Shown here piece by piece: positions 19,236 through 28,088 of a DNA stretch of 64,000 bases. The notes beneath the pieces are model-generated. The model did not search any database. It was not told the DNA's origin and saw only the letters and a program-made list of their open reading frames with translations. A program made the translations under genes and the position numbers. Source of the stretch: an uncultured bacterium (GTDB lineage Bacteria; Margulisbacteria; WOR-1; O2-12-FULL-45-9); the NCBI GenBank assembly GCA_964568455.1, contig CAZMPJ010000008.1, forward strand, positions 1,143-65,142. The letters are read 5' to 3'. Within the stretch, counting starts at the first letter, position 1. The number at the start of each line of letters is the position of its first letter.

Positions 19236-19965
19236 GGACATCTGCGATTAAGATTCCGGCCTGTGATTGTAAGTGAAAAACATTAGCAATTTCTCCTGCT
19301 TGAGTATAGCTGGCGTAAAAAGAATAACCATCTTGATATGTTCCGGATAAAAACATTGTGCTATTAATTCCTAAGCAGGCCTGTGGCAAAAATCCTCCTG
19401 CAGCAGGTGGGAAAACCTCTTCCATCATAAAATCGTATACCCTAGAAGGATTAATAACAAGATCTATATCTGTGCGAGGGAGGTTAAAGGTGCGAAGAGT
19501 TCTTCCTGCGCCGATGTCTGCACAAATCTGCACTTTTATTTCAAGGCCTTTGAGGTGAAAATCAGGAGTTAATGCTTCAGGAATAGTTGTTGGGGTGCTT
19601 CGTGCTTCTCCGATTCCAGTCCATAGGGGTCCATCCGGTCCGGCAACAGTGTATCTGCTGCTGCTGGTTAATGGATCGATGTCTCCAAAGCCGATAAAAA
19701 CCCCGCAGTCTTCAGCTGTTCTTTGAAATAATTCATCAGACCCGGGTAAAAGATCATGGGAAGCTTCACAGAAAAAAACAGCTTCTATTCCATGATCTCT
19801 TTTTAATGCTGCAATGTTGCTTATTTCTAAGACTATGCTTCTTTGAGGCAGAGTTTCTTTTCTTTCATCAGCAGTCAAAACTTGCATTGCCGCAACTCGC
19901 AGTTTGTTGGTTGGGCTAACTACAGTTGGAGTCCTGGCAAAAGTTATTGGAAGTATTCCTGGCAT
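19225..19965 (-). CDS. Orphan protein, possibly carbon-nitrogen hydrolase (nitrilase superfamily)-like
   Basis: LRVAAMQ, FFCEAS (candidate Glu), HLKGLEIKVQICADIG (candidate Lys and Cys) follow the order and spacing of the E-K-C triad. The assignment is weak. Motif P4 lies 5 nt before the ATG. Confidence 0.5.
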   Translation of the reverse strand: MPGILPITFARTPTVVSPTNKLRVAAMQVLTADERKETLPQRSIVLEISNIAALKRDHGIEAVFFCEASHDLLPGSDELFQRTAEDCGVFIGFGDIDPLTSSSRYTVAGPDGPLWTGIGEARSTPTTIPEALTPDFHLKGLEIKVQICADIGAGRTLRTFNLPRTDIDLVINPSRVYDFMMEEVFPPAAGGFLPQACLGINSTMFLSGTYQDGYSFYASYTQAGEIANVFHLQSQAGILIADVPIP

Positions 19966-19970
19966 GTCTT

Positions 19971-20000
19971 TTTATCGGTATATTTGGTGGATAATTTCAG
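19971..20000 (-). promoter_or_regulatory. Orphan-regulon promoter-like motif, copy P4
   Basis: On the minus strand it reads CTGAAA-ttatccaccaaatatacc(18)-GATAAA, ending 5 nt before the ATG at 19965. Confidence 0.45.
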
Positions 20001-20036
20001 TTTACTTAGGTAAGGGGCAGGTTAGGCGACCATAGG

Positions 20037-20615
20037 CTAAACTAAATTCTCGATAGAATGGATTCCGTCTTCGGATATAGAGTCAACCGCAATTGCCAAA
20101 TCAGTAATGCTTATTCCTTTTTCCCCGCAAAAGAGTAATAGCTTTTTGAAAAGTTCGGTTTTGAGGCCAATAGGTGCCAGAGTTTGAGGAAGTTCCGTTC
20201 TCTGGAAAAGAGGCAAGACGTTTCTTAAGGCATGTCTTTTTGTTCTAACTGCACTCAAAAGGTTTTCCATTTCTACGATTTCTTCTAGGGATTGATCTAT
20301 CCTGATTCCTTGCAGATGGAGCCCGATGAGGGATTCGAGATGAAGAGAAGCATCAAGTTCTCTCCCATTATTTTGATCTGACCAAGCAAACATTCTCCTT
20401 AAAACTACATTTAAGCTTCGCCTTCTTCCCCAGCCTAAATTCTGCAAAGCGGCTGAGACTTGAGGGGAGGCGCTTCTGAAGATGGGTTTTTTGTTTAACC
20501 ATAATCTGATTTTGTGGCGACTTGCCAGTATGCTTGTTGTCTGTTTTAGCAGCCCCCCATTTTTAAGATTTGCCGAAAAAGCGGATAATGATTCTGTTGC
20601 GCCAGGTGTTTTCAT
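20037..20615 (-). CDS. Orphan protein (192 aa)
   Basis: A long ORF with AGGAGA 8 nt upstream of the ATG. It lies downstream of 20650-27 in the same orientation. I recognise no family. Confidence 0.6.
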   Translation of the reverse strand: MKTPGATESLSAFSANLKNGGLLKQTTSILASRHKIRLWLNKKPIFRSASPQVSAALQNLGWGRRRSLNVVLRRMFAWSDQNNGRELDASLHLESLIGLHLQGIRIDQSLEEIVEMENLLSAVRTKRHALRNVLPLFQRTELPQTLAPIGLKTELFKKLLLFCGEKGISITDLAIAVDSISEDGIHSIENLV

Positions 20616-20649
20616 GTTTTTTTATCTCCTGCTAATTTTTGTAGATGTG

Positions 20650-21327
20650 CTAACTCAATATATCTTCAAGCTTTTGCATAAGATCTGAGACTTGAACTAC
20701 GTCTTCTACAACGGTTGGTTCTATATCGCCATCCTGCCAAAAACCAATAGCTCCTTCAAGATCAGCAATATCATAACCATCATCAATAATATCGAGCATG
20801 AGTTGGACTTTATTTTGATTTACAGCAAGCAATGGCTGGTTGCCAAGCATTACTGTTTCTCTAATGTGGCCCAATGTGTCTCGAATTGCTTTAAATCTAA
20901 TAAAAGCATCTAGAAACTGATGAAAAATTTCTTGATCGTTGCGGCTTCTTTTGTCTAAAGCAACTAGTTCAGATAATTCTAAGGTTACTCCTTGAAGTCT
21001 GGCTGGATATTTTGCTGCCCCTCCTGAGTCCTCATGTGAAAAACAGAAATTAGAAACTGCTTCCAAAAGATCGTAGCCTGTTTCAGTTGTTAAACCGATT
21101 GCTGATAAGGCGACAGTGATTTCAGAATCAAGAGCGCGGAAAAGGTTTTTTCCTCGATCAAACTTGATGTGAAGCTTAAATCCTTCGCCAAGCCTCTTGG
21201 CGATTGCGCGTAGCGAGTTAGCCTGGTTATTAGCTAAGGCGTTTATCGTGTTACCTAGTTGGGCTCTAAGAGCTGTGGCTGCTTGCCGATCTCTTGGTGT
21301 TATTCCTATTCGTGTTCGTGATGCCAT
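20650..21327 (-). CDS. Orphan protein (225 aa from ATG 21327)
   Basis: A long ORF with AGGAGG 8 nt upstream of the ATG at 21327, making the TTG at 21360 less likely. I recognise no family. Confidence 0.6.
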   Translation of the reverse strand: MASRTRIGITPRDRQAATALRAQLGNTINALANNQANSLRAIAKRLGEGFKLHIKFDRGKNLFRALDSEITVALSAIGLTTETGYDLLEAVSNFCFSHEDSGGAAKYPARLQGVTLELSELVALDKRSRNDQEIFHQFLDAFIRFKAIRDTLGHIRETVMLGNQPLLAVNQNKVQLMLDIIDDGYDIADLEGAIGFWQDGDIEPTVVEDVVQVSDLMQKLEDILS

Positions 21328-21363
21328 TTTATGGTTCCTCCTATATATAAATAATGACAACTA

Positions 21364-21393
21364 TTCTTCGGTACCTTTATCAAAAAATTTCAC
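21364..21393 (-). promoter_or_regulatory. Orphan-regulon promoter-like motif, copy P5 (weak -10 half)
   Basis: On the minus strand it reads aaaaaaaGTGAAA-ttttttgataaaggtacc(18)-GAAGAA. The leader carries TATATATAGGAGG. Confidence 0.3.
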
Positions 21394-21417
21394 TTTTTTT
21401 TGTGATATACTAAGCCC

Positions 21418-21993
21418 ATGAAGCGTCTAGGCATCCTTGGTGGCACGTTTAACCCTATCCACAATGGCCATTTGGCTATGGCGGAGAAGGCTTTGAAGGA
21501 ATTTAAATTAGATGAAATCATTTTTATCCCTACCAACATTCCACCGCATAAGGATTTAGCTGAATTAATTGATAAAGAAGACCGATTTAAGATGGTTAAA
21601 TTGGCAATTGAAGGCAAAGAAAGATTTTCAATTTCACGCATTGAACTTGATCGAGAAGGAACATCGTATGCAATTGATACTTTTAAAGAGTTAAATAAAA
21701 AAGGGGATAAACTCTACTATATTATAGGGATGGATTCTTTGAATGAGATGATGGAATGGAAAGATCCGCTTTCATTATTTAGTTATTGCGAATTTATTGT
21801 GGCCAAGAGGCCAGGAGAGAATGAGGATTCACCGCTATTGAAGTCGCATGCAAACAAAATTCATGTTATGAACTTAAATGAAAATGTTTCAGCTACTAAT
21901 ATTAGGCATATGATTGTAGAAGGGGAGCAAGTTTCTGAATTAATTTCTAAGGAAGTGCTAGAATACATTCAGGACAAAGGCTTATACCAATGA
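21418..21993 (+). CDS. nadD: Nicotinate-nucleotide adenylyltransferase
   Basis: Contains LGILGGTFNPIHNGHL and a SATNIR motif. TATACT lies 6 nt before the ATG. Confidence 0.92.
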   Translation: MKRLGILGGTFNPIHNGHLAMAEKALKEFKLDEIIFIPTNIPPHKDLAELIDKEDRFKMVKLAIEGKERFSISRIELDREGTSYAIDTFKELNKKGDKLYYIIGMDSLNEMMEWKDPLSLFSYCEFIVAKRPGENEDSPLLKSHANKIHVMNLNENVSATNIRHMIVEGEQVSELISKEVLEYIQDKGLYQ

Positions 21994-23249
21994 AAATACC
22001 AAATTCTAAGAAAACGATACTTAAAAATGGCTTAACCATTCTAACCGAAGAAATTCCGAGCATGCGATCAGTGGCTATGGGCATACTGGTTGGTGCTGGA
22101 TCTGGTAACGAAAGTGAGAGTGAAGCTGGCTTATCGCATTTAATTGAACATATGGTGTTTAAGGGTACTAAAAAACGCTCTGCCTATGAAATTGCCCATG
22201 AACTGGATGCCGTGGGTGGCAAAATGAATGCTTATACTGGCAAAGACGTAACCATGTATTATGCCGTGACGCTGGATAAACATTTAGACGTTGCTATAGA
22301 TGTATTGGCTGATCTTTTATTAAACGCGCGGTTTGACGAAAAATTAATGCAAGCGGAAAAATCAGTTATTTTAGAAGAAATTAAAATGTATGAAGATACA
22401 CCGGACGAGTTAATCCATGATTATTTTGCTGGTAAAATTTTACACGGTCATCCGATTGGCCGGCCAACCATTGGAACGGTTGCAAGCGTTAAGGGTTTTG
22501 GCCGCAAAGATATTTTAGACTATCAAAAAAAATGGTATAACCCGCACAATACAATTATTTCTTTGGCTGGTGCCATTCCCAAAGATGCTTTAAAAAGGCT
22601 AAAGAGCTATTTTGAAAAATGGGAAGGCGAGGGTTTAATGCAGGCACCAGAATCAGTAGAAATTATGGGTAGTATGCATTTGCAAAAAAAGAAAACCGAA
22701 CAAGTCCATTTGTGTTTAGGCACCAAAGGAGTTTCTCAGGTAGATGAGGATCGCTACGCTTACTCGCTTTTAGATACTATTTTGGGTGGCAGCATGAGCT
22801 CTAGGTTGTTTCAGGAAATCAGAGAAAAGAGGGGGTTGGCATATTCAGTTTATTCAACCGCTGCACCATTTAAGCACTTTGGCATTGCTTATGTTTATGC
22901 TGGCTGCAGCAAAGAAAATTTAGAGGAAGTAATTAATTTAATCTTAAAGCAGTTTAGCTTGTTTAAAAAAGAGGGAGTTAGCAAAGAAGAGCTGGATCGC
23001 GCCCGGGAAAATTTAAAAGGTTCTTTAGTGCTAGGTCTTGAATCAACTTCCGCGCGCATGAGCTGGATGGCCAAGACCGAGTTTTTCTTGGATAACGTAA
23101 AAACTATTGATGATATCTTTGCGCAGGTAGATAAAGTGACTCAAGACGATATTATGCAGCTAGCCAATCGTTATTTTAAAGATAAATACCTGACCTTAGC
23201 TGTGATTGGGGATCTAGATAAGCTGCCGATTAAAGAATTAAACTGTTAA
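21990..23249 (+). CDS. M16-family (insulinase/pitrilysin-like) zinc peptidase
   Basis: Has the HLIEHMVFKGT (HxxEH) motif. It shares an ATGA overlap with nadD. Confidence 0.9.
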   Translation: MKIPNSKKTILKNGLTILTEEIPSMRSVAMGILVGAGSGNESESEAGLSHLIEHMVFKGTKKRSAYEIAHELDAVGGKMNAYTGKDVTMYYAVTLDKHLDVAIDVLADLLLNARFDEKLMQAEKSVILEEIKMYEDTPDELIHDYFAGKILHGHPIGRPTIGTVASVKGFGRKDILDYQKKWYNPHNTIISLAGAIPKDALKRLKSYFEKWEGEGLMQAPESVEIMGSMHLQKKKTEQVHLCLGTKGVSQVDEDRYAYSLLDTILGGSMSSRLFQEIREKRGLAYSVYSTAAPFKHFGIAYVYAGCSKENLEEVINLILKQFSLFKKEGVSKEELDRARENLKGSLVLGLESTSARMSWMAKTEFFLDNVKTIDDIFAQVDKVTQDDIMQLANRYFKDKYLTLAVIGDLDKLPIKELNC

Positions 23250-23250
23250 C

Positions 23251-23777
23251 AGCCCTCACCCTAGTTAATTCTTATTTATTTACTTTTAGTACAATTTACC
23301 CTCTCCCAGAGGGAGAGGGGGTGAGCCGGCAACAGATGAGTTATAATTACCATTATGAAAGAAATAAAGAAAACTTTTGCTAGAAGACTTAGAAAAGAAC
23401 AAACTAAAACAGAGAAAATAGTTTGGGAACTTCTTCGTAATCGTAAGTTTAAGAAATATAAATTCAGAAGACAGCATGTAATAGAAGGCTTTGTTTTAGA
23501 TTTTTACTCTCATGAACTTAAATTAGGCATTGAAGTAGACGGAGGCATTCATTTAAGAAGAAAAGACTATGATGAACTAAGACAAGAAGTGATTGAATCT
23601 AAAGGAATATATATAATAAGGATTACTAATAAAGAAATAAAAGAAAACAAGAGATCAATGCTAAAGAAATTAGAGAAAATACTCAATTAACCCTTCAATT
23701 ATCCAACCACTCCCTCTCCCTCTGGGAGAGGGCCGCTTTTCTACACTACTAAATTATACTGTTTCTGGGTGAGGGCT
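23251..23777. mobile_element. 527-bp cassette with perfect terminal and nested inverted repeats, carrying a DUF559 endonuclease-like gene
   Basis: The outer inverted repeat is AGCCCTCACCC (23251-23261) against GGGTGAGGGCT (23767-23777), an 11/11 match. The inner 21-bp hairpins are ccctctcccAGAgggagaggg (23299-23319) and ccctctcccTCTgggagaggg (23712-23732), exact reverse complements. The cassette fills the whole gap between two convergent stop codons. Confidence 0.5.
23355..23690 (+). CDS. DUF559 (Vsr/PD-(D/E)XK-like) endonuclease-domain protein
   Basis: ARRLRKEQTKTEKIVWELLRNRKFKKYKFRRQHVIEGFVLDFYSHELKLGIEVDGGIH is the DUF559 signature. Confidence 0.85.
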   Translation: MKEIKKTFARRLRKEQTKTEKIVWELLRNRKFKKYKFRRQHVIEGFVLDFYSHELKLGIEVDGGIHLRRKDYDELRQEVIESKGIYIIRITNKEIKENKRSMLKKLEKILN

Positions 23778-25943
23778 TTAGTCCTCCAGCCAATGAGTTA
23801 GTTCTGTTTCAAGATCAGATCTAAAAATATCACCATCAAAGCTTGGATTTTGATCTTCTAGTTCCATGGTTAATTGACTCAAAAAGGTTCTGGCAAGATG
23901 GCCCCCCTCTATACCACAAAAAGCCATGATTACTTGGATAGTGATCTTAGCTGTGCTTTCAAGAGAGAGGGAATATTTTTTTAACTGTTCTGCAAGTGCT
24001 ACTATTAAAGTGCCTAGTGGAATTTCAGGGTCTAAAGCTGCAATTATGGTTTTGGCAATGGAATCTTCGCTTTCTAAACCCAGTTCCTTTGCAACTTTGT
24101 CTAAATAAGCCTGATATTTTTCGGTTTGGTTTTCATACAAGTTTGTGCCTACTTCATATATAAAACTAATTGCCTCATCTTTATCTTTTTCAAATAAAAT
24201 ATTGGCGACCTTAATGACTATTCTTGCGCAAGAGGTGGGTGTGAACTTTTTATGCAAAAGCAACGCCAATATAAAATCTAATTGTGCTTGTCTAGGAGTT
24301 ATTGCTTGTGTGTCTTCTGGTGCTGCCGCAGCTCTTCTTTCCATTGTTTTTAGCATATGAGAAACAAAGGCTGGTGCTGGGGTTTTATCCTCAGCAACCG
24401 CAGCTGTTTTTTGAGCAGGGGCATCAATGCCCTTGAATAAATGTTTTAATACTGTTCCAAAAATACGCCCTTTTTCTTTAGTGATCTGGCGTTCAATTAA
24501 CCACAATAGAAGAGCTCTTTGTTTGTCTTGGATTAATGGGAGCGTAGCTAAAACTGAAATAATAAATTTAACAAAGTCAGGGGTTTTATAAATATATGTT
24601 TGATCGACATCAAAAAGATCTTTGGTTAGTTCCCCGATAATTACGGCCCAATTTTTTGGTTCTTCTGGGAGATGACTAATAAGTAGCATGCCTAAATCAG
24701 CTCCAACTTCTTCGGGATCATTTTGTCCAAGGGCAGTAAAGTAAGTGGTTAATAATAAAGCTTTAAATTTTGCTGGAATAGTTTTGTCTGCCAAGGCAGC
24801 TTTAAGATCAGTTGGCCTTTCTTTAATACCATAGACAAGCATGGCAAATAAAAATTTAGCATCACGATTGTTTGAGCGTTTTAGCATATCTTCAAATTTA
24901 ACTTCATCGTATTCTGTTTCAAATTTTGGTAATCCCAAAAGTTTTCTTAATGAGTTGCGTTTAATTATCATATTAGCTGTTCTGGGAGTTAATTTTTTAT
25001 CTCTTATCCAAACTTCTTTTTCTTGGATTTCTTGAGGAATAAAAGCTCTTAATTGTTCAAGCTCATCTGTGTCTGCTTCAGCTAAAATTTCTTGCACTAT
25101 AGTTTTATATCCTTCATGTTCGGGTAGGCTAATCTTAAAAGCAGCCCGCAGGCCTGCTCTGGAAAATATTTTTTCAGCAATATTTGGGGATAAACCAGAC
25201 TTATAACGTTTGCGACAAGGCAAAAAGCTTTCTAGTTCAAGAGTCTGGTGTTTTTGGGTCTCTAAATTTTCTGGGCTAACCGTTAAAGCGCTTAAAAAAG
25301 CAGCTTGTTTTTCTTTTTCTTGGTAAAGCTCTGTGGCAACAGAGTCATAAATCATTTGTGCTTCTTGTAAGTCTTGCGTAAAGGCTCTGGCTGCGGCTAC
25401 GGTAACCTGGCCGGCCTGAAAAAGAGAGAAGTTTAATTCTGGCTGCTTAACAATATCAATGATAAAAGATGAGACCAGGGCTAGTATAGTATAAGGACTA
25501 GCGTCAGCCATAAGGTCTTGGGCCGTTTCACCGACAAAATGGCCAAAAGTAAAAGTTTGCTGTTGATAAAAATTATTAAATATCTGGCCGGCGATTAAAC
25601 CAATGGGGAAATTTAAGCGTAAATACATAGCGATAAAAGTTGTTTTATCTTCGGCACCGAACTCGTTTCCCTGCAACATGGGGATTATGTTTTCTGGTTG
25701 ATTGTAAACATCATGCCATAAAAATTCTTTAACCGGATGTAGTTCTGGGTTGTCGGCGCGATGCAGTGCTTCGCCTAAAGCCATGGGATAGTTTGTTTCT
25801 GTATGATCTGCAACCTGTTGATTAGTTGGCAGGGTAGCTAGTCCCAACTTTTTTCTTAAGCCATTATTCAAAAGCACTCTGCGATCAAAGCGACGGGTTG
25901 GCATATAAATTTTAGTTGAAGTTGTTATATGATTTGTTACCAT
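23778..25943 (-). CDS. Orphan protein (721 aa), paralogue of the upstream 530-aa gene
   Basis: A long ORF that overlaps the upstream gene by 7 nt. It shares VWIRDKKLTPRTANMIIKRNSLRKLLGLPKFE with VWIRERYSW...KRASLRALLNSPALD, and both carry recurring [KR]xx[LI]Rxx[LF]..LP motifs. Confidence 0.7.
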   Translation of the reverse strand: MVTNHITTSTKIYMPTRRFDRRVLLNNGLRKKLGLATLPTNQQVADHTETNYPMALGEALHRADNPELHPVKEFLWHDVYNQPENIIPMLQGNEFGAEDKTTFIAMYLRLNFPIGLIAGQIFNNFYQQQTFTFGHFVGETAQDLMADASPYTILALVSSFIIDIVKQPELNFSLFQAGQVTVAAARAFTQDLQEAQMIYDSVATELYQEKEKQAAFLSALTVSPENLETQKHQTLELESFLPCRKRYKSGLSPNIAEKIFSRAGLRAAFKISLPEHEGYKTIVQEILAEADTDELEQLRAFIPQEIQEKEVWIRDKKLTPRTANMIIKRNSLRKLLGLPKFETEYDEVKFEDMLKRSNNRDAKFLFAMLVYGIKERPTDLKAALADKTIPAKFKALLLTTYFTALGQNDPEEVGADLGMLLISHLPEEPKNWAVIIGELTKDLFDVDQTYIYKTPDFVKFIISVLATLPLIQDKQRALLLWLIERQITKEKGRIFGTVLKHLFKGIDAPAQKTAAVAEDKTPAPAFVSHMLKTMERRAAAAPEDTQAITPRQAQLDFILALLLHKKFTPTSCARIVIKVANILFEKDKDEAISFIYEVGTNLYENQTEKYQAYLDKVAKELGLESEDSIAKTIIAALDPEIPLGTLIVALAEQLKKYSLSLESTAKITIQVIMAFCGIEGGHLARTFLSQLTMELEDQNPSFDGDIFRSDLETELTHWLED

Positions 25944-27529
25944 CTGTCTCTCCCAAGTTCTAGAAGTTCTTCTGGTAGTGAGTTTAATCTTATACCTTTT
26001 TGTTTAGCGAAAATTTCAAGGCAAGACTGGACCTTGCCGGAGTGAAAATAACCGCTATAGTCAGCTAGACAGCCGGAGAGAAAATTAGTTAACTTGTCAG
26101 TTTCCATGAGCAAACTAAAGGTAGAAACCAAAACAATTTCCGCTTTTTCTTCACCCATATAAAAAAGCGGCCAGGTATAGTTATAAACTTGGTTTTTTTC
26201 GCTAAAAACAAGATGAGCCATCCAAGAAATGATTTTGCCTTGTAAATACAGGTCATTTGGGGCTACATCTTGCAAAATATTCAAAACATCTCTTGCTGCC
26301 GCATCAAAGCTATAGCCTTCTTGTCTAAAATGGGCAACGATTACATAAGCAGCCAAATAATAGCCCATAAATTTGTAAGCGGATTTTTTGCTACGGTCCA
26401 CTTGCTGTATGAGAGTTTGTGTGGCGGATCTTGGGTTGTCATAAAACCCTGCTTCTTCCAATTCTTTTATTTTTTTTCTCATCTGGTTGTTAGCTGGAAG
26501 CGTTTCAATTATTTCTTTTAAAGCAATGGTCGTTGTTCCTAGATCAAGTGCAGGACTATTAAGCAAGGCCCTGAGCGAAGCCCTTTTTAAAACTTGCTTG
26601 GCGATTTCAGGGCGTTCTTTTTCGTGTTCTCTCCATGAATACCTTTCTCTTATCCAAACTTTTTTACCCATAATTTCTTCAGAATATTGGGCTGGGTCAA
26701 TACCTGCGACAGCAACTATTTCTCCCAGAGTAAGAGGATAATTCCAGGCTTGGGAAACCATTCTTCTTTGCCAAGAGAGCGGCAGGCCTTCGTTGAAAGG
26801 TAAAGGAGCAAAGCCTAATGCGGTTCTAATGTTTGCTCTTCGTAATAGTTGTTTTATAAATGGTGAAGTTAGTTTTTTAGCATATTTGCGATATTCACCA
26901 GCTCTTGTTGAAATTGATCCTTGAAGTGGATTTTGTGTTTCGGTTATAGAAGGAACTTTAAGGGCTATTGCTAGAGTAAAAACTCTTTTATAACAAGCCA
27001 TTAGGAAATCTTGGGGAACTTCTAAAAAGGGGCTTTCTCTTAAAGCCTCAATGTTATCTGGATTTTCTAAAATCCCATACCAGCTGACAAAATAATTAGC
27101 TACCAAGGCTTCATAAGTTTCAATGCCTCGGGTAGAAAGTGCTTGATCAAGAACTTTTCCTAAAATCTGTTCTGTGCAAGGTTTTTCTAGGGGGGGCAGA
27201 TCCAAAGTTTCTCTTAATTCCTGCCTTTTTAATAATTCCCACACGTTTTTAGCACCAATAAAGCCATCTCTTATGAGGATTCCTTCATTAAGAGAAATGT
27301 CTTTGTCTAGTAATGTTTTTGTTATGTTGGCCGCTAGATCTTCATTGGTTTTTTCAACATTGTAAATGATATTAGACCAATCAGTATATCGTGTGCGAAC
27401 CAAAGCTTTTCTGGTTGGCAAGCCAATTTTGTTTCTAAAGGTTTGGCGACTAAAAACCCCTTGGACTGTTCTTTTGCCTAAAACAGTTTCTCTAATTTTT
27501 ATTTTACTGGTTGCTGTTAATGCAGACAT
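25937..27529 (-). CDS. Orphan protein (530 aa), paralogue of the downstream 721-aa gene
   Basis: A long ORF with motif P6 lying 7 nt before the ATG. It has four copies of the Rxx[LI]Rxx[LI]..LP motif. Confidence 0.7.
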   Translation of the reverse strand: MSALTATSKIKIRETVLGKRTVQGVFSRQTFRNKIGLPTRKALVRTRYTDWSNIIYNVEKTNEDLAANITKTLLDKDISLNEGILIRDGFIGAKNVWELLKRQELRETLDLPPLEKPCTEQILGKVLDQALSTRGIETYEALVANYFVSWYGILENPDNIEALRESPFLEVPQDFLMACYKRVFTLAIALKVPSITETQNPLQGSISTRAGEYRKYAKKLTSPFIKQLLRRANIRTALGFAPLPFNEGLPLSWQRRMVSQAWNYPLTLGEIVAVAGIDPAQYSEEIMGKKVWIRERYSWREHEKERPEIAKQVLKRASLRALLNSPALDLGTTTIALKEIIETLPANNQMRKKIKELEEAGFYDNPRSATQTLIQQVDRSKKSAYKFMGYYLAAYVIVAHFRQEGYSFDAAARDVLNILQDVAPNDLYLQGKIISWMAHLVFSEKNQVYNYTWPLFYMGEEKAEIVLVSTFSLLMETDKLTNFLSGCLADYSGYFHSGKVQSCLEIFAKQKGIRLNSLPEELLELGRDRW

Positions 27530-27536
27530 ACAAGAA

Positions 27537-27566
27537 TATATCGTAATATTTAGTAGTTAATTTCAC
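27537..27566 (-). promoter_or_regulatory. Orphan-regulon promoter-like motif, copy P6
   Basis: On the minus strand it reads aaataaaGTGAAA-ttaactactaaatattac(18)-GATATA, ending 7 nt before the ATG at 27529. Confidence 0.45.
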
Positions 27567-27578
27567 TTTATTTATTGT

Positions 27579-27604
27579 GGTGATTAGGAGATGATTGCGG
27601 TGAT
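27579..27604. repeat. GGTGATT / GATTGCGGTGAT short-repeat cluster
   Basis: The sequence is ggtgattaggagatGATTGCGGTGAT. The 12-mer GATTGCGGTGAT recurs at 30330-30341 and, inverted, at 30371-30382. Confidence 0.6.
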
Positions 27605-27625
27605 GAAGACAGTATTTTAAGCTCG

Positions 27626-27634
27626 TGGTATAAT
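27626..27634 (+). promoter_or_regulatory. Extended -10 (TGgTATAAT), 7 nt upstream of the dut ATG
   Basis: The sequence is tggTATAAT-ataaacc-ATG(27642), with no SD. Confidence 0.5.
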
Positions 27635-27641
27635 ATAAACC

Positions 27642-28085
27642 ATGCTAAAAGTAAAAATTAAGAAATTGGCCCATGGAGAAGGGGTTCCAACCCCAAAATA
27701 CATGAGTGATCATGCTGCAGGCATGGATCTTTATGCTGCGGTGGATAAAGATACGGTTATTCCTCCTTCTGGCTGGAAGCTGGTTCCAACAGGACTGGCC
27801 ATGGCTCTTCCGGAAGGCTATGAGGCTCAAGTGCGACCGCGATCTGGCTTAGCTTTAAAACAAGGTGTTTCGGTTTTAAACACACCAGGTACGGTGGATG
27901 CGGATTATCGAGGTGAAGTTGGCGTGATTTTAATGAATCACAGTCAAAAAGATTTAGTGGTCAAGCGCGGTGACCGTATCGCACAGATGATTATTAATAA
28001 GATTGAACATGTTGCAATTGAGGAAGTAGACGAGCTTCCATCAACCGACCGAGGCGCAGGTGGCTTTGGTCATACAGGAGTATAA
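27642..28085 (+). CDS. dut: dUTP diphosphatase
   Basis: Contains AAGMDLYA, RPRSGLALK, GTVDADYRGEV and RGAGGFGHTG motifs. Confidence 0.95.
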   Translation: MLKVKIKKLAHGEGVPTPKYMSDHAAGMDLYAAVDKDTVIPPSGWKLVPTGLAMALPEGYEAQVRPRSGLALKQGVSVLNTPGTVDADYRGEVGVILMNHSQKDLVVKRGDRIAQMIINKIEHVAIEEVDELPSTDRGAGGFGHTGV

Positions 28086-28088
28086 AAA

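Noticed and set aside
23286-23477. A 63-aa minus-strand ORF overlapping the DUF559 start
   Set aside because: Its C-terminus (PPLPLGEG) is just the translation of the CCCTCTCCC/GGGAGAGGG hairpin. It also overlaps the clearly conserved DUF559 frame.
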